A stretch of DNA of 64,000 nucleotides from Bacillota bacterium (lineage in GTDB: Bacteria > Bacillota > JAAYKD01). Position 1 is the stretch's first letter. Every line of letters starts with the position of its first letter. Below the pieces are notes generated by a model. It was given only the letters and a program-made list of their open reading frames with translations, did not search any database and was not told where the DNA came from. Both the position numbers and the translations under genes were made by a program. The stretch covers positions 1,504,001 to 1,568,000 of the forward strand of contig OY762825.2 in the NCBI GenBank assembly GCA_963666425.2, in the 5' to 3' direction. Of the stretch, positions 10,742 to 20,920 are shown piece by piece.

Positions 10742-11941
10742 ATGAATCGAAGGACGTGGCAAAGAATGGCTTTAAAAGATCATATCGAGTTTCTGACCAA
10801 TAAAGTAGGCGTCCGACCGCCTGCATCGCAGGCAGAGCGCAACGCTTCCGTATATATTGAAAATCAATTTAAAGAGCATGGCTTGGAAACCGGAGCGCTC
10901 GTCTATCCGGCACTGCGCAATTATTCCTGGTATTATGCCCTTGCCTACCTGATCTATCCTCTGGCTGTGATGATCTATCCTTCCCGCCCTTGGTTAGCGG
11001 CTGCACTCACTTTTTTAGCCACCTTATTATGGCGCCTGGATCTCTATCTCTGGCCGGGAATTGTCCGTACTTTTGCCGGTGCAAAAAAAAGCCAGGCCAT
11101 TTTAGGACGCAAGCCCGCTTATGAAGAGAGTCGGCAGATTATTTTTATCACTGCCGGTTACGACAGCCGGAAATCCTATGCCTTGGGCCCGCGGATCAGC
11201 CAATACTATTACCGTTTGATCCTGACCGGAGATATTCTGCGCTCCGTACAATTGTTTGCTTTGACCGGCGGCGCCATCTTTACCATTTTTGCCATGACCC
11301 ACTGGTCCAGAATTCTTTGGTGTATCACCTGGCCCGGCTCTCTGCTCCTGACGATGATGATGGCCTTGGAATTGCATCGTTGGCTGAGCGGTCTTTGGCT
11401 GAGTACGGTCAATGATAACGACAGCAGCGTTGCGGTTCTGATCGGCTTAGCGGAGGAATTGCAGCAGCATCCATGTCAGCACTGCGATGTCATTTTGGCA
11501 GCGCTGGGAAGTGACCGTGATGCCAATTTGGGGATGCATAAACTCTTATCTCTGATTGAAAAAGAACTGCGCAGCACCACCGATGTGATCAATTTGGAGG
11601 CGGTTGGCGGCGGCAAGCTGCGGATTTTAGGTCGGGAAGGAATTTCCCGGCCGATCCCGGCGACCGATGACCTGATCGATTTGGGCTATATGATTGCCAA
11701 AGGTCTCAACATGGAGTTTCAGGAGACCGAACAGAGTGTTTTGCGGACCAGCGGAGCCATTGCCCGCAGTCTGGGATTTCGTTCTGTCAGTTTAATGGGA
11801 ATCGACAGTGACGGTTTGCCCTGCAATTTCCGGGAAACAACGAAGCGCAGTGAGAAACTGACTGCCGTAAAAGAAGATAAACTGATCGGCGTGGTGGATG
11901 TGATCACCCAGATGATCCATTTGATCGATCAGCAGGTTTAG
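10742..11941 (+). CDS. Membrane-bound M28 family peptidase-like protein, catalytic motifs degenerate
   Basis: 399 aa with TM inserts. M28-like layout (R..AS.AE, AGYDS, NDNDSSVA, INLEAVGGG), but the usual His and Glu-Glu ligands are replaced. Confidence 0.6.
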   Translation: MNRRTWQRMALKDHIEFLTNKVGVRPPASQAERNASVYIENQFKEHGLETGALVYPALRNYSWYYALAYLIYPLAVMIYPSRPWLAAALTFLATLLWRLDLYLWPGIVRTFAGAKKSQAILGRKPAYEESRQIIFITAGYDSRKSYALGPRISQYYYRLILTGDILRSVQLFALTGGAIFTIFAMTHWSRILWCITWPGSLLLTMMMALELHRWLSGLWLSTVNDNDSSVAVLIGLAEELQQHPCQHCDVILAALGSDRDANLGMHKLLSLIEKELRSTTDVINLEAVGGGKLRILGREGISRPIPATDDLIDLGYMIAKGLNMEFQETEQSVLRTSGAIARSLGFRSVSLMGIDSDGLPCNFRETTKRSEKLTAVKEDKLIGVVDVITQMIHLIDQQV

Positions 11942-11973
11942 CAGCGATCCTGTCGGGAGGAGAGGGAACGGCG

Positions 11974-13974
11974 ATGAAAGGGAAAGAGGATTTGCAGGAA
12001 AACCTGGCCTTATTATCCGATAAGCCAGGTGTGTATTTAATGTACAATGCAGCCGGCAGTGTAATTTATGTCGGCAAGGCCATCAGTTTAAAAAATCGCG
12101 TTCGCTCTTATTTCCGCGAAAGCAATCCGCATAGCCGTAAAATCCAACGGATGGTGCACGAAGTGGATCATTTCGAAACGATTGTCACCGCCAGCGAACT
12201 GGAAGCGTTGATTCTGGAATGTAATTTCATCAAACAATACCATCCGCATTATAATTCTCTGCTGAAAGACGATAAAGGTTATCCTTATCTACGGATCGAT
12301 GTGCGGGAACCCTTTCCCCGGGTTACCTTTGAACATCAGTTAAAGCAAGACGGCGCCCGTTATTTCGGACCTTATCTGGGCGGTATCGCCAGTCACACCT
12401 TACAGGTGATCCGCAAAGTTTTTCCGCTGCGGACCTGTAAAAAAGAAATCAGCGGCAACGATGCTGCCCCCTGCTTGAATTATCATATCAAGCATTGTTC
12501 CGGACCTTGTATCGGCGCCATCAGTCAGGCTGACTATGCTCTGATCGTGCGGGATGTGCTTTTATTCCTGGAAGGCAAGCACGAAGAGCTGCTGCAGACG
12601 CTGCAGACTAAAATGGAAGCCGCCGCTGAAAATCTGCAGTTTGAAAAGGCGGCGCAACTGCGCGATCAATGGCAGGCTGTCCAGCGTTTACAGGAAAAGC
12701 AGCGGGTTTCCGGCGCCAATTTGGGCGACCGCGATGTGATTGCCATGGCGCAGGCTTATAATACAACCCAAATCCAGATTTTCTACATGCGCAGCGGCCG
12801 CATCATCGGACGCGATACCTATAGCCTGGGCGACACGGAAGAACAGAGCCGCTCAGAAATCCTCTCGGATTTTATTCGGCAGTACTACAGTCAGGTTGAA
12901 ATCGTGCCGCGGGAAATCTTGGTGCAGGAACAACTGGAAGACGCTGCCTTACTGCAGGAGTGGCTGAGCCACTACAGCGGCCGCAAAGTTGAAATTAAAA
13001 CACCTCAGCGCGGTGAGAAGAGAGATTTGGTAGAATTGGTGGCCAGCAACGCCTTGCATACCTTGGGACGCAATCACAACCGACGTCTGAATAATAAAGA
13101 AGAAGCGCAAACTGCCCTACAGGAATTAAAAAAAGCCTTGTCCCTGCCGGAAATGCCGCTGCGCATCGAAGCGTTTGATATTTCCAACACGCAAGGCACG
13201 CTCAGCGTCGCCTCCATGGTGGTCTTCAGCATGGGTATCCCCGACAACAAGGCATATCGCCGTTTTCGCATCAAAACCGTCGAGGGTCCCAACGATTTTG
13301 CAAGCATGGCAGAAGTCATCCGCCGCCGTTTCAGCCGTGCGGCGGAAGAACAAAAACAAATCGCAGCAGGCAGCCTGAGCGAAGAGAAAGCGAAATTCGC
13401 TGTCTTGCCCGATCTGATTCTGATTGACGGCGGCAAAGGCCAATTGGGTGCCGCCCGGGCGATCCTGCATGAACTGGGTTTTGCTGGCATTGCCACCATT
13501 GGCTTGGCCAAACAGTTTGAACTGGTCTATCTGGAAGGCCGAGATTTGCCGATAGAATTGCCGCCCAACAGCCGCTCGCTCTTTTTGCTGCAGCGTATTC
13601 GGGATGAAGCGCATCGCTTTGCCATCACCTACCACCGCAATCTGCGGGGAACGGACGCACTGCGTTCTCAGTTGGAGCAAATCCCGGGCATTGGTGTCAC
13701 CCGCACGCGCGCGCTCTTAAAAAAATTCGATTCTCTGGAGAAATTAGCTTTGGCCAGCCTGCAGGAATTGGCAGATACACCGGGAATGAATGTGAAGGCT
13801 GCCGAAGAAGTCTCCGTTTATCTGCGTCAAAATCTGGCTTCCGGCCGGGATGTGCTGCAGGCTGCGGAGGCAACGCTGCCTTACGAGAAAAATAACAAGC
13901 AAAGAGGTGAGGCACTTGAAACAGGAATGGCTGGAAAAAAACATGTACCTGCGCGGCATGACACAGGTGCCTAA
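11974..13974 (+). CDS. uvrC: Excinuclease ABC subunit C
   Basis: N-terminal GIY-YIG (PGVYLM...IYVGKA), UVR domain, RNase H-like RIEAFDISN...LIDGGKGQ, RDEAHRFA and HhH. Confidence 0.98.
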   Translation: MKGKEDLQENLALLSDKPGVYLMYNAAGSVIYVGKAISLKNRVRSYFRESNPHSRKIQRMVHEVDHFETIVTASELEALILECNFIKQYHPHYNSLLKDDKGYPYLRIDVREPFPRVTFEHQLKQDGARYFGPYLGGIASHTLQVIRKVFPLRTCKKEISGNDAAPCLNYHIKHCSGPCIGAISQADYALIVRDVLLFLEGKHEELLQTLQTKMEAAAENLQFEKAAQLRDQWQAVQRLQEKQRVSGANLGDRDVIAMAQAYNTTQIQIFYMRSGRIIGRDTYSLGDTEEQSRSEILSDFIRQYYSQVEIVPREILVQEQLEDAALLQEWLSHYSGRKVEIKTPQRGEKRDLVELVASNALHTLGRNHNRRLNNKEEAQTALQELKKALSLPEMPLRIEAFDISNTQGTLSVASMVVFSMGIPDNKAYRRFRIKTVEGPNDFASMAEVIRRRFSRAAEEQKQIAAGSLSEEKAKFAVLPDLILIDGGKGQLGAARAILHELGFAGIATIGLAKQFELVYLEGRDLPIELPPNSRSLFLLQRIRDEAHRFAITYHRNLRGTDALRSQLEQIPGIGVTRTRALLKKFDSLEKLALASLQELADTPGMNVKAAEEVSVYLRQNLASGRDVLQAAEATLPYEKNNKQRGEALETGMAGKKHVPARHDTGA

Positions 13975-14719
13975 TCTGCTGTTGGATTATTATAAAGAGC
14001 TGATGATGAGCGAGCAGGAGTTGATTGCCGTATTCAATCTCCTGCGTTATCAGCAAAAAGGCAGCGAAAGCAAGTCGGCTGCTCTCAGCGATTATCTGAT
14101 GGAGTGCTTGAAATTGTCCCGCTCCGAGGTGCAGTCTCTGATTTTTAATATGGTAAGCAAGGGATTCTTGGCAACCGATCATGCAGACAGTGGCAGGGTC
14201 GCCCCGGATGCTGTTTCGTTGCTGCCCCTCTACGAAAAACTGACCCATTTGTTCAGCCGCGATCTCTTATCTCCGGAACAAAAAGAAGCACCGGATAAAA
14301 AAATTAATCAAACAGCCGAACTGGTTTCCGCCTTTGAACGGGTTTTTAACAAGCTCTCTCCTTTTGATTATGAAAAACTGCGCGACTGGTTGAATAACGA
14401 TGGCTGGTCGCCGGAAATTATCCTGGAAGCCTTACGTCAAGCGTCCTTACAGCGTAAACTGAACTTTGCCTATATCGACCGTATCTTGCTCAACTGGCAA
14501 ATGAATCAATTGGACACGCTGGAAAAAATCAAAGCCAGCGAGGATGCCTTTCAGCGACGGCAAGTATTGCGCCAACAGGTAAGCCAATCTGCTGTGTCGA
14601 ATAACAACGCATCTCCGGCAGCTGCCGGAACGCCAAAATCAAACAACAGACCGGCCCTGATCAAACCCGACAGCAGCAAGGGAGGAAAAAAGAAGCGCTA
14701 TGACGACATTGTCGAATGA
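13916..14719 (+). CDS. dnaD: DnaD domain replication initiation protein
   Basis: TTG start behind GAGGTGA. N-terminal VPNLLLDYY winged helix and C-terminal LSPFDYE.L.DW...YIDRILLNW DnaD motif. Confidence 0.85.
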   Translation: MKQEWLEKNMYLRGMTQVPNLLLDYYKELMMSEQELIAVFNLLRYQQKGSESKSAALSDYLMECLKLSRSEVQSLIFNMVSKGFLATDHADSGRVAPDAVSLLPLYEKLTHLFSRDLLSPEQKEAPDKKINQTAELVSAFERVFNKLSPFDYEKLRDWLNNDGWSPEIILEALRQASLQRKLNFAYIDRILLNWQMNQLDTLEKIKASEDAFQRRQVLRQQVSQSAVSNNNASPAAAGTPKSNNRPALIKPDSSKGGKKKRYDDIVE

Positions 14720-15710
14720 TTATATCGAACGGGACCTGCAGCATCGCCGAAAAATTGATAAACTCTGGCAGAAATACCCCGATTTACATCGGGTAGAAGA
14801 TGCTTTGTATGAGATTCTGACTCGTTTGACTCGCAGCGTGATCGCAAATCCCGGTGGCCGGCTGCAGCCGGCTGAGCTGACAGCCGAGCTGGAGCAATTA
14901 CGCCAGGAACGTCGCGCCCTGCTGCAGCGTTACAAAATCCCGGATGATTACAATGTGCCGTCTTATCACTGCCCCATCTGCAAAGACCTGGAAGTGATCG
15001 AAACCGCAGCGGGTTGGCAGCTCTGCAGCTGTGTGCAAAAAAAGCAATTGGAATATCAGTTTATCAGCGCTAAAATTCCTGCTAAAATGCGGGAACAACG
15101 CTTGGACAATTTCCTTTTGAACTATTACAGTGAACTCGAGATGGTGGATGAACGGGACAGCCAACGCCGCAAAGCGGAAAAAGCATTGCAGGGCGCCGAA
15201 GATTTTGTCAAAGCGGTATTGGAACAACAGCCGGTCAAAGGTTTGTATTTCTTTGGCGGCGCCGGTGTTGGCAAAACGCATCTGGTCTCCGGCATTGCCA
15301 ATCGGCTGATGGAAAACAAAATCATGCCACTTTATCTGATGGTTGCGGATTTGCTGGATGAATTGCGGCAGGGATACGAAAGCAGTCATGCGGAAACCAG
15401 CACCAACAGCCTGATGGAACAAGCAAAACAAGCTCCCGTACTGATTTTGGATGACATCGGCGCGGAACGCAGTACCGACTGGTCCATCGAAAAATTGTTT
15501 CAAATTATCAATCATCGTTACCTCAACCAATTGCCCACCGTGCTGACCTCCAATTATGATTTGGATGAGCTGGCCGATCACATGGGCTATGGCAGTACGG
15601 GCGTGCGGATCTGCTCCAGAATTGTGGAAATGTGCCGTCTCTACCGCCTGGACTGCGAAGACATCCGCCGCCAAAAACGCCGGGAAAGCAGCCCTCCCCT
15701 CGGCAGCTAG
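14700..15710 (+). CDS. DnaC/DnaI-like helicase loader ATPase (IstB-like AAA+)
   Basis: CPICKD..C.C zinc site, Walker A GGAGVGKT, Walker B LILDDIG and R..SRI. Overlaps dnaD. Confidence 0.88.
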   Translation: MTTLSNDYIERDLQHRRKIDKLWQKYPDLHRVEDALYEILTRLTRSVIANPGGRLQPAELTAELEQLRQERRALLQRYKIPDDYNVPSYHCPICKDLEVIETAAGWQLCSCVQKKQLEYQFISAKIPAKMREQRLDNFLLNYYSELEMVDERDSQRRKAEKALQGAEDFVKAVLEQQPVKGLYFFGGAGVGKTHLVSGIANRLMENKIMPLYLMVADLLDELRQGYESSHAETSTNSLMEQAKQAPVLILDDIGAERSTDWSIEKLFQIINHRYLNQLPTVLTSNYDLDELADHMGYGSTGVRICSRIVEMCRLYRLDCEDIRRQKRRESSPPLGS

Positions 15711-15889
15711 CCAAAGCGGCTGATTGCATCGCCTTTACTTTTACGCATCGCTTGGTATTATTGATCAGATTTAAAATTGTTTCGATGGCTGAAAGAATCA
15801 ACAAGGACTTTCCTTACAGAAAAGAGAAAAGGTGTTGCAGTGAGTGATTGCTGTAGCCAGCAATCTAAAATTTAAGGAGGCGAATTTAT

Positions 15890-16897
15890 ATGAATCTGGC
15901 AAAATTTCCCCGTCGTCGCTATACAGTAGGCTATACTCCTCTGGAATATTTGGCCAATTTGACGAAACTGATGGATGGACCCGAGATTTATATTAAGCGG
16001 GATGATTTGCTCGGGTTAGCCGCCGGTGGCAACAAAACGCGGAAACTAGAATTCCTGGTAGCCGATGCGCTCACTCAACACGCCGATGTCCTGATTACCT
16101 GCGGCGCTGTGCAAAGCAATCACTGTCGCCTGACGTTGGCTGCTGCCAAAAAAGAAGGGCTTGACTGCTACCTCGTCTTGGAAGAACGTGTTCCCGGCAG
16201 TTATACCAAAGAAGCCAGCGGCAATAACTTCTTATTTCGCTTAATGGGCCTTGCCGATGACCATATCACCGTAGTAGCCGCCGGTTCACCAATGGTGGCT
16301 GCCATGGAAAAAGTAGCTGCTGAATTGAAAGCCAAAGGCCATACGCCTTATATTATTGTCGGCGGCGGCTCCGATCCCATTGGCGCCACCGGTTATGTTG
16401 CCTGCGCCGAAGAGATTTTAGCACAATGCTTTGAACAGGGAATCAATCTGGATTATGTTGTTACCACCAGCGGCAGCGCCGGCACCCATGCCGGTTTGGC
16501 CGTCGGCTTCTTTGGCACCAATAGCCAAATCCCGGTGGTCGGCATCAATATCAGCCGTCCGAATTCCTTGCAAGTTCCTATCGTGACGAAATTAGCCATT
16601 GAAACCGCCAAACATGTCGGGATCCGGGAAGCTTTCCCGGCTGACGGCATCACCTGCTTCGATGGTTATGTCGGACCGGGTTACTCCCGTCCTACCGAAG
16701 AAATGATCCAAGCTGTTGAATTGTTGGCCAGAACTGAAGCCATTTTGCTGGATCCTGTCTACACCGGTAAGGCATTTGCCGGTATGTTGGATTTGATCCG
16801 TAAGGGTTACTTCAAAAAAGGCGAAAAGATCTGCTTCCTGCATACCGGCGGATCTCCGGCTCTTTATCATTACAAAGACGAATTCCATTTGGTTTAA
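15890..16897 (+). CDS. dcyD: D-cysteine desulfhydrase (PLP-dependent)
   Basis: GGNKTRKL PLP lysine and QSNH. LDPVYTGK and HTGG are D-Cys desulfhydrase-type residues, not the ACC deaminase YEGK/HLGG type. Confidence 0.9.
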   Translation: MNLAKFPRRRYTVGYTPLEYLANLTKLMDGPEIYIKRDDLLGLAAGGNKTRKLEFLVADALTQHADVLITCGAVQSNHCRLTLAAAKKEGLDCYLVLEERVPGSYTKEASGNNFLFRLMGLADDHITVVAAGSPMVAAMEKVAAELKAKGHTPYIIVGGGSDPIGATGYVACAEEILAQCFEQGINLDYVVTTSGSAGTHAGLAVGFFGTNSQIPVVGINISRPNSLQVPIVTKLAIETAKHVGIREAFPADGITCFDGYVGPGYSRPTEEMIQAVELLARTEAILLDPVYTGKAFAGMLDLIRKGYFKKGEKICFLHTGGSPALYHYKDEFHLV

Positions 16898-16954
16898 ACA
16901 GCATCATCAAATCAGACTGTACCTGCGATCTTCGAGCAGGCAAATCCTGACGGC

Positions 16955-16988
16955 AAACAACCTCACGCTTTGTGGGGTTGTTTTTTTT
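16955..16988 (+). terminator. Intrinsic terminator after dcyD
   Basis: aaacaacctcac-gcttt-gtggggttgttt followed by a long T-run. Confidence 0.8.
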
Positions 16989-17018
16989 ATCTGTTTTTTT
17001 AATTTTTCACCGGCAGAT

Positions 17019-17047
17019 TGTAACCTTTTGCCCGAATCGGTGACTAA
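17019..17047 (+). promoter_or_regulatory. Putative ECF-sigma promoter of the fab operon
   Basis: TGTAAC-N16-TGACTAA, resembling the SigX/SigW-class consensus (TGTAAC-N16-CGAC), about 35 bp before fabH. Confidence 0.5.
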
Positions 17048-17080
17048 TGCTTTGTAACGTTTTTGAAAGGAGTGAATTGA

Positions 17081-18031
17081 GTGAGCTTTTTTGTTTTGGG
17101 CACCGGCAGCTATGTCCCTGCCAAGATCGTGACAAACAATGATCTGGCTCAGTTGGTAGATACTTCAGACGAATGGATCACACAGCGGGTGGGTGTCAAA
17201 GAGCGGCATATTTGTGTGAATGAAACCGCCGCGGATCTCGCTTATCAGGCCGCTCTGCAGGCACTGCAAAACAGCGGTTGTTCGGCAGCAGAAGTCGATT
17301 TGATCCTGGCGGCAACCGTCAGCGGAGAACTGATTTCGCCGTCTGTTTCCTGTCAGGTTCAGGAAAAGCTGGGTATCTCCTGTTTGGCTTTTGATCTCAA
17401 TGCGGCTTGTTCAGCCTTTCTTTTTCTGCTGGAAACCGCTTCCGCTTACTTTGCCCTGGGTTACCAGAAAATTTTGGTGATTGGCGCCGAGCGCATGAGC
17501 CGCATCGTCGATTGGCACGACCGCAACACCTGCGTCATTTTCGGTGACGGCGCCGGAGCACTGCTCTTGGGAGCAGGCAGTAATTACTTAGCCTCTGTCT
17601 TTACCGTCAAAGGCGGCAGCGATGTGATCAAAATCCCCAACTTCGCCGGTAATTCGCCTTACTATTTACAAAATCCCGAAGCGCCTTACGTTCAGATGAA
17701 TGGTCAGGAGACATTCAAATACGCCGTCAATGCGATCTGTCAGGATGTGCAGACGCTGCTGCGACAAGAAAATCTGTCGCTGGAGCAAATCGATTACATT
17801 GTGCCGCATCAGGCCAACAAACGCATCATTGATTTGGCCGCCAGTAAGCTGCATGTGGCAGCGGAGAAATTTTATCTGAATATTGAACACTACGGCAATA
17901 CGTCGTCCGCCAGCATTCCACTCGCTTTGGACGAAATGAATCGCAAGGGCTTGCTGCAAGCCGGTTCCTTGCTCTTGCTGACCGCCTTTGGCGGCGGTTT
18001 AGCCAATGCTTCCTGTCTATTGCGTTGGTAA
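17081..18031 (+). CDS. fabH: Beta-ketoacyl-ACP synthase III
   Basis: AACSAF catalytic Cys, PHQAN and YGNTSSAS. Confidence 0.95.
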   Translation: MSFFVLGTGSYVPAKIVTNNDLAQLVDTSDEWITQRVGVKERHICVNETAADLAYQAALQALQNSGCSAAEVDLILAATVSGELISPSVSCQVQEKLGISCLAFDLNAACSAFLFLLETASAYFALGYQKILVIGAERMSRIVDWHDRNTCVIFGDGAGALLLGAGSNYLASVFTVKGGSDVIKIPNFAGNSPYYLQNPEAPYVQMNGQETFKYAVNAICQDVQTLLRQENLSLEQIDYIVPHQANKRIIDLAASKLHVAAEKFYLNIEHYGNTSSASIPLALDEMNRKGLLQAGSLLLLTAFGGGLANASCLLRW

Positions 18032-18088
18032 CAGGCGCGCATAGAGCATGCCTGCCAAATAAATGATTATTAAAAGGAGATTGAAATC

Positions 18089-18313
18089 ATGGTTTTAGAA
18101 AGAGTAATTAGCGTTATCGCTCAGAAAATTGAATGCGATCCGGCAACTATCAGCGGGGAAACGAAATTTGAAGAACTGGGCATTGATTCCCTGGAAGTCA
18201 TCGAGCTGTTGATGGCCATGGAAGAGGAATTTGCCACAGAGATCGAACTGGGCAGCAATAAGCTGGTCATGGTAGCGGACCTGGTCAGCTTGATTGAAGC
18301 AAAAATTCAATAA
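18089..18313 (+). CDS. acpP: Acyl carrier protein
   Basis: 74 aa, acidic, with LGIDSL phosphopantetheine site. Confidence 0.93.
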   Translation: MVLERVISVIAQKIECDPATISGETKFEELGIDSLEVIELLMAMEEEFATEIELGSNKLVMVADLVSLIEAKIQ

Positions 18314-19276
18314 ATGAACAGCGCACAAATCCGCTCACCGCTTTGCTCTTTGCTGAACATCCGCTATCCGATTTTCCAAGGGGGAATGGCTTGGATCGCC
18401 GATGCCAAATTAGCCGCCGCCGTTTCCAATGCCGGTGGTTTGGGCATCATTTCCGCGATGAATGCCAATGCCGATTACCTGAAAGCCCAGATCGACGCTG
18501 CCCGTCGCTTGACCGAACACCCGTTTGGAGTCAATCTGATGCTGATGAGTCCGTTCGCTGACGATGCCGCCGAATTGGTTCGCAGTGAAAAAGTTGACGT
18601 GGTCACAACCGGAGCAGGCATTCCTACGGCTTATCTCGGCGCCTGGAAAGCAGCCGGCATCAAGGTAATTCCGGTCATTGCTTCCGTTGATTCTGCCCGC
18701 TTGATGGAAAAAATCGGAGCCGATGCAGTGATCGCGGAAGGCAGTGAATCCGGCGGTCATATCGGCGAATCCACCACTATGACTTTACTGCCGCAGGTCT
18801 GCGATGCGGTTCACATCCCCGTTTTAGCTGCCGGCGGCATTGCAGACGGCAGAGGTTTGGCTGCCTGTTTGCTTTTGGGAGCCGCAGGCATCCAAATGGG
18901 GACGCGCTTTTTATTAGCCACCGAATGCGGAGTTCATCCTGTTTACAAAGAAATGATTAAAAAAGCCAATGATATCGCCACAATCGCAACCGGTCGCCGT
19001 TTTCAGGGCACCACCTGCCGTTGTCTGAAAAACCCCTTCAGCCGCTCTTATCTGAAATTGGAATTCAGCCCGGATACCACAGCGGATTTGTTGTCTCTGC
19101 TGAGTACTGGCGCCTTACGCAAAGCTGCGGTAGAGGGAGATGCGTCCGGCGGCTGCTTCATGGCCGGTCAAATTGCCGGTCTGGTTGCTCAAGAATCTTC
19201 AGCCGCAGACATCCTGCAGGAAATCGTCGCACAGGCTGCGGCTTTGCTGAAAGGAGCCAATCAATGGGTAAATTAG
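18314..19276 (+). CDS. fabK: Enoyl-ACP reductase FabK
   Basis: FQGGMAW, EG.ESGGH, AAGGIADGRG and QMGTRF motifs, inside the fab operon. Confidence 0.92.
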   Translation: MNSAQIRSPLCSLLNIRYPIFQGGMAWIADAKLAAAVSNAGGLGIISAMNANADYLKAQIDAARRLTEHPFGVNLMLMSPFADDAAELVRSEKVDVVTTGAGIPTAYLGAWKAAGIKVIPVIASVDSARLMEKIGADAVIAEGSESGGHIGESTTMTLLPQVCDAVHIPVLAAGGIADGRGLAACLLLGAAGIQMGTRFLLATECGVHPVYKEMIKKANDIATIATGRRFQGTTCRCLKNPFSRSYLKLEFSPDTTADLLSLLSTGALRKAAVEGDASGGCFMAGQIAGLVAQESSAADILQEIVAQAAALLKGANQWVN

Positions 19277-20190
19277 CCTTTGTTTTTTCCGGTCAGGGCG
19301 CGCAGAAAGTCGGCATGGCTTCTTCTTTTTATGAAAGCGATACACAGATCCATGCTCTTTTTCAGGCAGCGGAAGAGATTCGGCCGCATACTCTGCACCA
19401 GTGTTTTTTTGGCACGGAAGAAGAATTGAAGCGAACGGAAAATACGCAGCCCTGCCTCTACCTGACGGATTTCGCCGCTGCCCTGGCTTTACAGAAAGCC
19501 GGTCTGCAGCCGGATGGTGTAGCCGGATTTTCCCTAGGTGAATTGTCCGCTTTGGCGTTTGCCGGCTGCTTCACTGTCCTCGATGGTTTTAAAATCACCA
19601 TCGAGCGCAGTCTGGCCATGAGCCACGCCGCTCAAACCCAACCTGCTGGCATGGCAGCGATCATTAAACTAAGCAAAGCCAAAGCAGAAGAGCTCTGTGC
19701 AGCGCTGCCGGAAGTGTTTCCCGCCAATTATAACAGCCCGGATCAATTGGTTGTGGCGGGCAATCCCGAGAGTTTAAAAGAACTGGCAGCCAAAGTCAAA
19801 GAAGCCGGCGGCCTCTGTCTGCCCCTGGCGGTCAGCGGCGGTTTTCATTCCCCTTTTATGTCGACAGCGGCCGAGCAATTTGCCGCCGTTCTGCCAAGTT
19901 TCTCAATGCAGCCGCCCATCCGTCCGGTCTATGCCAACTGCAATGCAGAAATCTACCGCGACACACCGCGTGATTGGCTGATCCGTCAAATAGACCATCC
20001 GGTTCTCTGGCAAGAGACGATCGAACATATGTCATCGGATGGCTTCGATACGTTTGTTGAAGTGGGCATCGGCAATACGCTGCAGAAATTGATTCGCAAA
20101 ATCCTACCCAAGAGCCGTGTCTTCGGGGTGGAAACGTCAGCGGATCTGGCCAGAGTTGTAAAAGAGGTGACAGAACATGCTGCAGGGTAA
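19264..20190 (+). CDS. fabD: Malonyl-CoA:ACP transacylase
   Basis: Start MGKLAFVFSGQGAQ at 19264. GFSLGE nucleophile motif and VSGGFHS. Confidence 0.95.
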   Translation: MGKLAFVFSGQGAQKVGMASSFYESDTQIHALFQAAEEIRPHTLHQCFFGTEEELKRTENTQPCLYLTDFAAALALQKAGLQPDGVAGFSLGELSALAFAGCFTVLDGFKITIERSLAMSHAAQTQPAGMAAIIKLSKAKAEELCAALPEVFPANYNSPDQLVVAGNPESLKELAAKVKEAGGLCLPLAVSGGFHSPFMSTAAEQFAAVLPSFSMQPPIRPVYANCNAEIYRDTPRDWLIRQIDHPVLWQETIEHMSSDGFDTFVEVGIGNTLQKLIRKILPKSRVFGVETSADLARVVKEVTEHAAG

Positions 20191-20911
20191 AACAGCGGTG
20201 ATCACCGGCGGTTCCCGCGGCATTGGCGCCGCGATATGCAGTTTGTTTGCCAAAAACGGAGCCAATATTGCGATGATCTATCTTCAGAACCAGGAAAAAG
20301 CAGCCCAACTGCAGGCGCAGCTGGCAGCTTTGCCGGTTAAAGTCAGCATCTATGCTTGTAATGTAGCCGATACCGCAGACGTAGCTCTGACCTTTCAGAA
20401 AATCACGGCGGATTTCGGTCCGATCGACATTCTCGTCAACAATGCCGGTATTACCAAGGATAAATTGTTATTGGCGATGAAGGAAGCCGATTTTGATGAA
20501 GTGCTGGCAATCAATCTGAAAGGTGCCTTCAATACGATCAAACAGGTTTATCCGATTTTTATGAAACAAAAGTCCGGTAAAATCATCAATATCAGTTCGG
20601 TTGCCGGCCTAAGCGGCAATGCGGGACAGGCGAATTATGCCGCCGCCAAAGCCGGGTTGATCGGACTAACCAAAACAGTTGCCAAAGAACTCGCATCCCG
20701 GGGTGTATGCTGCAATGCCATCGCTCCCGGCTTTATTACCACCGAAATGACGAAAGACTTCAGCGCTGACCATCGCCTGGCCGAACAAATCCCGATGAAA
20801 CGCTTCGGCAAAGCAGAAGAAGTCGCTGAACTGGCTTTGTTTCTCGCATCCGCTCAAGCCGATTATATCACCGGCGAAGTGATCCGAGTGGATGGCGGTT
20901 TAGCAATGTAG
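20177..20911 (+). CDS. fabG: 3-oxoacyl-ACP reductase
   Basis: TGGSRGIG, NNAGIT.D and GQANYAAAK. Confidence 0.96.
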   Translation: MLQGKTAVITGGSRGIGAAICSLFAKNGANIAMIYLQNQEKAAQLQAQLAALPVKVSIYACNVADTADVALTFQKITADFGPIDILVNNAGITKDKLLLAMKEADFDEVLAINLKGAFNTIKQVYPIFMKQKSGKIINISSVAGLSGNAGQANYAAAKAGLIGLTKTVAKELASRGVCCNAIAPGFITTEMTKDFSADHRLAEQIPMKRFGKAEEVAELALFLASAQADYITGEVIRVDGGLAM

Positions 20912-20920
20912 GAGGAGAAC

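Noticed and set aside
14898-15674. Long antisense ORFs (e.g. 14898-15674, 57106-57948, 60765-61349)
   Set aside because: Shadow frames of well-supported genes, with no recognisable motifs.
13916-15710. Prophage or IS21 replication module (DnaD plus IstB-like ATPase)
   Set aside because: The genes overlap uvrC, with no integrase, IstA or structural phage genes. This fits the host primosome.
15890-16897. ACC deaminase
   Set aside because: It has DPVYTGK and HTGG rather than the ACC deaminase-type Glu/Leu residues.
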